A DNA stretch of 64,000 nt from Macrostomum lignano (lineage: Eukaryota): NCBI GenBank assembly GCA_002269645.1, contig NIVC01001743.1:124001-188000 (forward strand), written 5' to 3'. Positions 58,625 to 64,000 of the stretch are shown piece by piece. The position numbers and the translations under genes were made by a program. The notes under the pieces were generated by a model. The model searched no databases. It saw only the letters and a program-made list of their open reading frames with translations, and was not told the origin of the DNA. How positions within the stretch are numbered: the first letter of the stretch is position 1; each line of letters opens with the position of its first letter.

Positions 58625-58675
58625 CATCTATCTATCTATCTATCTATCTATCCATCCATCTATCTATCTATTTGT
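58290..58675. repeat. (CTAT/CCAT)n microsatellite
   Basis: Direct reading. Confidence 0.93.
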
Positions 58676-58837
58676 CAGTCCATCCTGAAGCACAGAACCT
58701 GTTTCCCAGTCAGTTAGCCGAGTTAAAGCTTGGCAGGACGGATCTCATTGGTCGTCTTGCCTAGCATTTTAGCAGCTGGAATCAGTTGGGCTTAAAAAAT
58801 ATTCTGCGAGAAAGAGAATCTCTACTCCAACAGCAGA

Positions 58838-59104
58838 ATGCACCTGATAGCTATTATTCTGGCCTACCTGCCGAACTATGTTGTCATGGCAACTGCCAAT
58901 GGCAACTGCGGTACCGGGTTCGATTCTCGATGGAGTTTTTCCAAACGCCTCATCCGAGACTGCCTGGCAACCCAGCATCAGCTACGGCTGCCCTGGCCGG
59001 GCTGCTTGCATCCCGGAGGTGCCTACGCTGGTGCATCTGAGCAGCATCTGTGGTTGATGCAGCTCTTCTGCGCCCAGGCCTGCGACGCCCGTCCTGATTG
59101 CCAG
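58838..59104 (+). CDS. Secreted PAN/apple + C-type-lectin-like protein, exon 1
   Basis: Signal-peptide-like MHLIAIILAYLPNYVVMATA; ends CAQACDARPDCQ|GTAC (PAN C-x3-C-x5-C), phase 0. Internal compensating frameshifts are possible. Confidence 0.55.
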
Positions 59105-60203
59105 GTACACTGACCACTCACTGTCTGTCATGTTCGATTCAGATTGTTAATTCAAGAAAATGGGTCTCGGGCTTGCGTAGTCAGGGCTTGCGTGTTGCAC
59201 TTTTTCAAGACGCGAAAGTCACATCGCCTACAAGATATAAGCATCCACTTTCATTAAACCTACTAGACTTCATGGCACCTTAACGCCATGTCAACCGTAA
59301 TAGAAGCGCCCTGTCAACCATAAAAGACGTAAGACCATTTTCGTCTCCGGCGTTAAAATCAATTCTTTCTGGCTTGGTTAGACTATTGGTAATGGGAGTC
59401 CATGAGAATTGCCCGCAGGAGATTTTCCCGCCGACTTTTTCCCGCCAAGATTTTGTCAGCGTTGCCTTCTAATGCTTATTAAGTCTTAATGAAGAGATTT
59501 AGGGAACAAAACGGCATGACATGCATGAACATGAATTAATAGCTCACAGATGTACCCATGGCTGTATATAGAAAGGAAAAGCTACAAAAAGAATGTGCAT
59601 TTAATATGCAGTTACCATCGAAACGTTTTGATAGGGTTTGACTGCGGGCAATTGTCGGGCTCCCGCAGCGCTCATTAGTCTTCTTCGGCTGGCTTTGACT
59701 ATCAACTGCCTCGTTTCAGTCTGCCGCCTCGCCTTTGTCTTCCGTATGGAATGGATGGCGGCTGCTACAGTTCTGTCACGAGCTGTTGCATTCCATTGTA
59801 GGCCTCTATTGTTCTATCTATTTGCTCTATCTGCTTTTTGTGCCACTTTAATACCTTAATCTGATGGCCTCGCCTCACTTTGCCGCTCCATGCAGGGCTT
59901 GGCGTCTTCTATGCGGCCCATTCTGTCGGATCTTAAAGCCCTATAAAAGAATTGCGCTGTGTCAACCATAAAAGACTCATGGCGGAATCGCTGCTGTGGA
60001 ACTTGGGGAGAATTGCTGAGATGTCTTATCTGATATCTGATAAGACATTTCAGCTGATATTTTAGGCTACATACATCATTCTTCTTAAGATATCTCGTAC
60101 TAATTAAAAAGAGACTACAAGGTAAAAAAAACCTGACATTTACGAAGTACTTTATTCCAAAATATCTTTTATTTCTTAAGCTTATTCTTAATTATTTATT
60201 TAG

Positions 60204-60736
60204 TTGGTCCAACAAGCATCAATTTGGTCCAAACGCTCGTGAGCCATTCGGCAAATTCATGCCCTCGCAACCGTCTGCATGCAGGTTGTTGCGTACCGCT
60301 GGAATGTCAGCGTCTCTACCCGTCAGTCGCTTTTCCAGAGCTCTGGCTGCCGATAGTCGAAATTTGATAGCCAACTGGAACTGTTCCTTCAACTTCTGCT
60401 GCATTTCTACACCGTCAACAAAGGGTTCGGCTCAACTGCATCGAGTAGCAGTTGGACCTGAGGCTCTAGAGCAACTTCCCTTGGCGATTGCCACCCCTTC
60501 GCAGGCGATCTCTGCCAGGAGAGTTTCAACGCACTGATGGATGCTGTAAACCATCTTTTCTTTTACATTCAGCAGCCTTGCAATGCCCTTTGGGTGTTCA
60601 CTTCTGTCGAGTGCTTCGATCACAAGCCAATGACATTCGTTTGACAGCCTGGCACATGGTCCACAATTCTAGGCTGATCTTACTCCGCAGCAGTTGCAAA
60701 TGAAGCTATGGACCAAATTGATGCTTGTTGGACCAA
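60204..60736 (-). mobile_element. Tc1-like transposase N-terminal fragment between perfect 28-bp inverted repeats
   Basis: TTGGTCCAACAAGCATCAATTTGGTCCA at 60204-60231 with its reverse complement at 60709-60736. Minus-strand IEAL...PKGIARLLNVKEKMVYSI resembles a Tc1 HTH. Confidence 0.6.
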
Positions 60737-62388
60737 GTTGAATGCCTGCTGTGCCAGCCTTGCTACCATTGCTACCATATTGCTACCAAAAGCTCCATTA
60801 CATTGGCAAACGTACTGGTATCTTGAATTAAATGCGCGCAGGCCCAAATGGTTTAACTTCCATGGCGAAAGCTATGATGAGAGAAATTAAACAAGATCAT
60901 GTTCCTCGGGGAAAATCTGAAGCTGAGTCTGTTTGAACCCTGTACGTGCTCGATATTACTTTCCAAGTGAATCCCCGTGTAGATGGTGTCTTTCTTAGCG
61001 AAACTGGTATTTTATTAAAGTGCACATTCAGAAGGGAGCAGTACATTTCTTGTATATTTCGTTGAAGACCAATTTTTGCTGCGAAATTCATCAATTGGAT
61101 AGTTATTTTAGTACAAAATTACCAATATTGGACATTAGCATTTGTTTTTTTCCAAGGTTGCAACTTATTAAATTTGTTTTTTAAACTTTTAACAAATAAA
61201 TATCTAATCGACCAGTGCAAGTTTCATGAAAATCGATTAAACCGTTTGTTTTAAATCAATAACATGCCTACTATACTATCTAGATACCTGAGGCAAATCA
61301 TTTTCAGTATACACTAAATGGACTAGCAATCTACGCCCCCATTGGGGAGGCGACAACGAAAGGAGTAGTTTTTTCAATAAACTTAATGCAGCTTTTTACC
61401 TTGACAGTCGCTATTGCTTATAGTATCTTAGAAAAAAATAAGGAAAAAAGCATCCCCTGAGAGCTTTTAACGGTAAGCAAAGCCTCTTTATCCGGCCCTC
61501 AGATCCTTTGAAATTTCCCGATAACAATTCGGCCCGCTCAAGGTTTGTGTCTCTTCTCCTCTCTCTGCTATCTTTTCTCTCGTCTCTCATCTTCTCTTCT
61601 TTCTTCTCCCCCTTCTGGCCTCTCCTTTCTCCTATTTCCTCTTCTCTCCCCCCTCTGGCCCACAGTCATTCTCTTTGTTCTTTACCTTGCTCTTAAGGCG
61701 AAACATTTGCCGGCCTCTGCTTCAAGTCATGGCATAACCCTATACTCTCTCCCTTTGATGCTTGGCCTACCAACAATTCTACCAATAATATTGACCCTTG
61801 GCATCTCAGCAACCCCCCATGAGCCACAGCATTTCAGGCAACGAATCTATGTAACCAACGAAGGCGTCGATTTAATCAGGCTTAAAATAGGCTGACGGGT
61901 GAATAACGAATTAGCCATGCAAATACGGTTGACAATTTAACAGACGACTACGTACTTTTAATGTCAATATAAGATCCATCCACCATTTTGCAGCGTTCAC
62001 AACAACTGAACACACTGGGAAAAACCCCGTCTGGTTTCATGCTGAATATCAGGGTCTGCGCAGTTGCTAAGATAATTTGTTTACAAACTCATACAAACTC
62101 TCGACAGTGTAAAGAGCTGCTACATACATAGATTTCTTGTTTGAGTTTCACAATCGGATTGAATTTCGCTCAAATAATAAAGACTCAGATTCTACAAAGT
62201 AATTAATTTAGAGAGTGGAATTTGACAAATGCAGTCGAGAAGCCTCATCTAAAAAGTACACTAAAGACACAGACCAACTGCGAAATTTTGCCGGAACTTT
62301 GCTTGACCTTGCCGGTTTTCAGTTAGACTGCAGCTTCATTCCATAACGTTTTTTTTTCAATCACTGGCCCATCGTGCTCACCACGCAG

Positions 62389-62801
62389 GGCTTCATTGCT
62401 GAGCTCGAGCTGCTCTCCTGCCGCCTGCTGCAGTTCAATGCATGCAGCCAGCCACCTTTGTAACCGCCTACATTCGACCGGACCTTTGCCTCGGCTTCCG
62501 GTTTGTGCAGCCGGCCTCTGGCAACTCTGACAATGCCATGGTGTACCTGCGCACCGAGGCGACTGGCAGCTTTGAGGAGCAGCAGGCCGCCTGCGCCTCT
62601 CTGGGATCGGCTGGCCTCAGCAGGCTGGCCCAGATTGACGGACCGCGGCCTCAGGAAGCCCTGGCTGACGCTCTGCGCTCGGTCGGCGCTCTGACTCCGG
62701 AAAGCAATTCGACCTCGATTGTGGCCGCCGAGGAGCTCTGGGTGGCTGCCAGGAAGAATGCCACGGGAACCGCCTGGGTGTGGGCCTCGTGCGGTGGAAA
62801 G
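62389..62801 (+). CDS. PAN + CTL-like protein, exon 2, with a 1-nt frameshift near 62440
   Basis: CACGCAG|GGC TTC: GFIAELELLSCRLL completes the PAN motif. After the shift: QPATFV...ACASL...LWVAARK...WVWASCGGK; donor AAG|GTGAG. Confidence 0.65.
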
Positions 62802-62905
62802 GTGAGTTCTCACGTTCATGAGTTTGTGATTGAGTTCATGATTCAATAAGCTGATAGTTGAGCAGGTTACATGTGTACACCGCACCGCACCCTGCCCGCA
62901 CTCAG

Positions 62906-63061
62906 GTGAACTCCACTCTGTGGATCTCTGACGAGCCGAACAACTCCGGGTATGCGGCCAGACTGAAGCTCAGAGGTCTGGCTGATTGGAAGGCCGGCGC
63001 CAAGCTGTGGGCCGTCTGCCAGTGCCCAAACCCGCTGCGCTGGCTACTCCTGCCTGACTGA
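62906..63061 (+). CDS. PAN + CTL-like protein, exon 3
   Basis: CTCAG|GTG. VNSTLWISDEPNN...LADW...WAVCQ, a C-type-lectin W-x3-EPN pattern, then stop. Confidence 0.7.
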   Translation: MNSTLWISDEPNNSGYAARLKLRGLADWKAGAKLWAVCQCPNPLRWLLLPD

Positions 63062-63071
63062 GGGCCGGGGA

Positions 63072-63073
63072 CG

Positions 63074-63121
<48 letters not shown>

Positions 63122-63262
63122 CTAAGACAGACACTAAGACAGACAGACAGACAGACAGACACTAAGACAGACAGACAGACAGACAGACACTAAGACAGAC
63201 AGACAGACAGACAGACACTAAGACAGACAGACAGACACTAAGACAGACAGACACTAAGACAT
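63072..63262. repeat. (GACA)n microsatellite with CACTAAGACA interruptions
   Basis: Direct reading. Confidence 0.93.
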
Positions 63263-63392
63263 TGTTTCTTCATCCATCAAAAAATTGATAATCAAATTGA
63301 TAATAACTGATAATTGATAATCAAATAATTGATAATCAAAAAATGTATCAATTTCAGACTTGTAGTCTCTTGTTTTACCCACGCATGCGCTA

Positions 63393-63520
63393 TCCTATAT
63401 ACTAAAAATGAGTTGTCTGTATGTGGGTAGGTATGCGATAGATTTCAGAAAAATTGGCTCAACCGATTTTCTTCAAACTTGCACCATTCGATCAGAAATT
63501 TTCCTGGGATGGTACATGCA
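63393..63520 (+). mobile_element. Probable 5' end of a non-autonomous Helitron-type element
   Basis: A|TC start, TCCTATATACTAAAAATGAG-TTGTCTGTATGT, then AACCGATTTTCTTCAAACTTG, as in invertebrate Helitron 5' ends (from memory). An inverted relative lies at ~61205-61255. No CTRR 3' end identified. Confidence 0.5.
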
Positions 63521-64000
63521 TCCTGGCTAAGAAATTGCTCAATTTTAAAGGGATTAAATATTCGAAAAACATGCTTTTTTGCAAAGGTCAAGCAGCTCTT
63601 TCGACCTGGAATGCATTGTAAGAATGCTAGAGAAAAAAACTGACTGGCTCGATTCCGATTGTGATAAAGATTGCATCACAACAATTTGAAAACAGTGTCG
63701 AAGAAATGCAAACCCGACTTGATTAAAATTGCGTAACCATATTGCTAACTTCAATTGAGACTGATACTGGCTGACTGAGAAATTGATTATGTCATAACTT
63801 TCTACTCCAATTGACTTGCTGTAAGAATTGAATTATAAGGGCCACAATTCACGTTCTCCAATTGAAAAGAGATAGCCAGATGCGAACAGACTGGAATGCT
63901 AATGTAGTGACCTGGGTTCGAATCTTAGTAGTGCAAAAAGATTTTTTTATTAAAACACATTAAAAACACAAAACTGCTAAACATAAAAGAGGCACAATGT

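Noticed and set aside
63905-63930. tRNA gene (GGTTCGAATC B-box)
   Set aside because: No cloverleaf or clear A-box; at most a SINE remnant. GGGTTCGATTC at ~58916 lies within a coding exon.

Overview
Eukaryotic (animal) genomic DNA, not prokaryotic: GT-AG introns, GC3-rich exons and dense mini/microsatellites. The style suggests a free-living flatworm such as Macrostomum (inference only). Supported genes: a frameshifted rhodopsin-family peptide GPCR (2.3-3.4 kb, -); an uninterrupted 3038-aa sacsin-like protein with two GHKL-type ATPase modules, a degenerate J-domain and a HEPN domain (11.4-20.5 kb, +); a 3-exon bifunctional PAPS synthase (26.1-30.8 kb, -); a 2-exon GST-fold tail-anchored protein (41.7-42.9 kb, -); a 4-exon TASOR/TEX15-type DUF3715 pseudo-PARP protein (50.5-55.9 kb, +); and a 3-exon secreted PAN/apple plus C-type-lectin-like gene with a frameshift (58.8-63.1 kb, +). 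Between them lie DNA-transposon relics (mariner, Tc1, P/THAP, Crypton, hAT-, Merlin-, Ginger- and Helitron-like) and about 20 distinct tandem arrays, many filling introns. The most unusual signals are: (i) a ~7 kb almost CpG-free domain between the divergent GST-like and DUF3715 genes, carrying at least 17 exact copies of the palindrome TAGGCCTA; (ii) the compact HUSH-like DUF3715 gene itself; (iii) a 56-bp TIR-only element with an 8-bp target duplication; (iv) transposon derivatives that keep only the DNA-binding domain. Most short ORFs in the supplied track are shadow or repeat-derived ORFs. All counts are manual; no searches were run.
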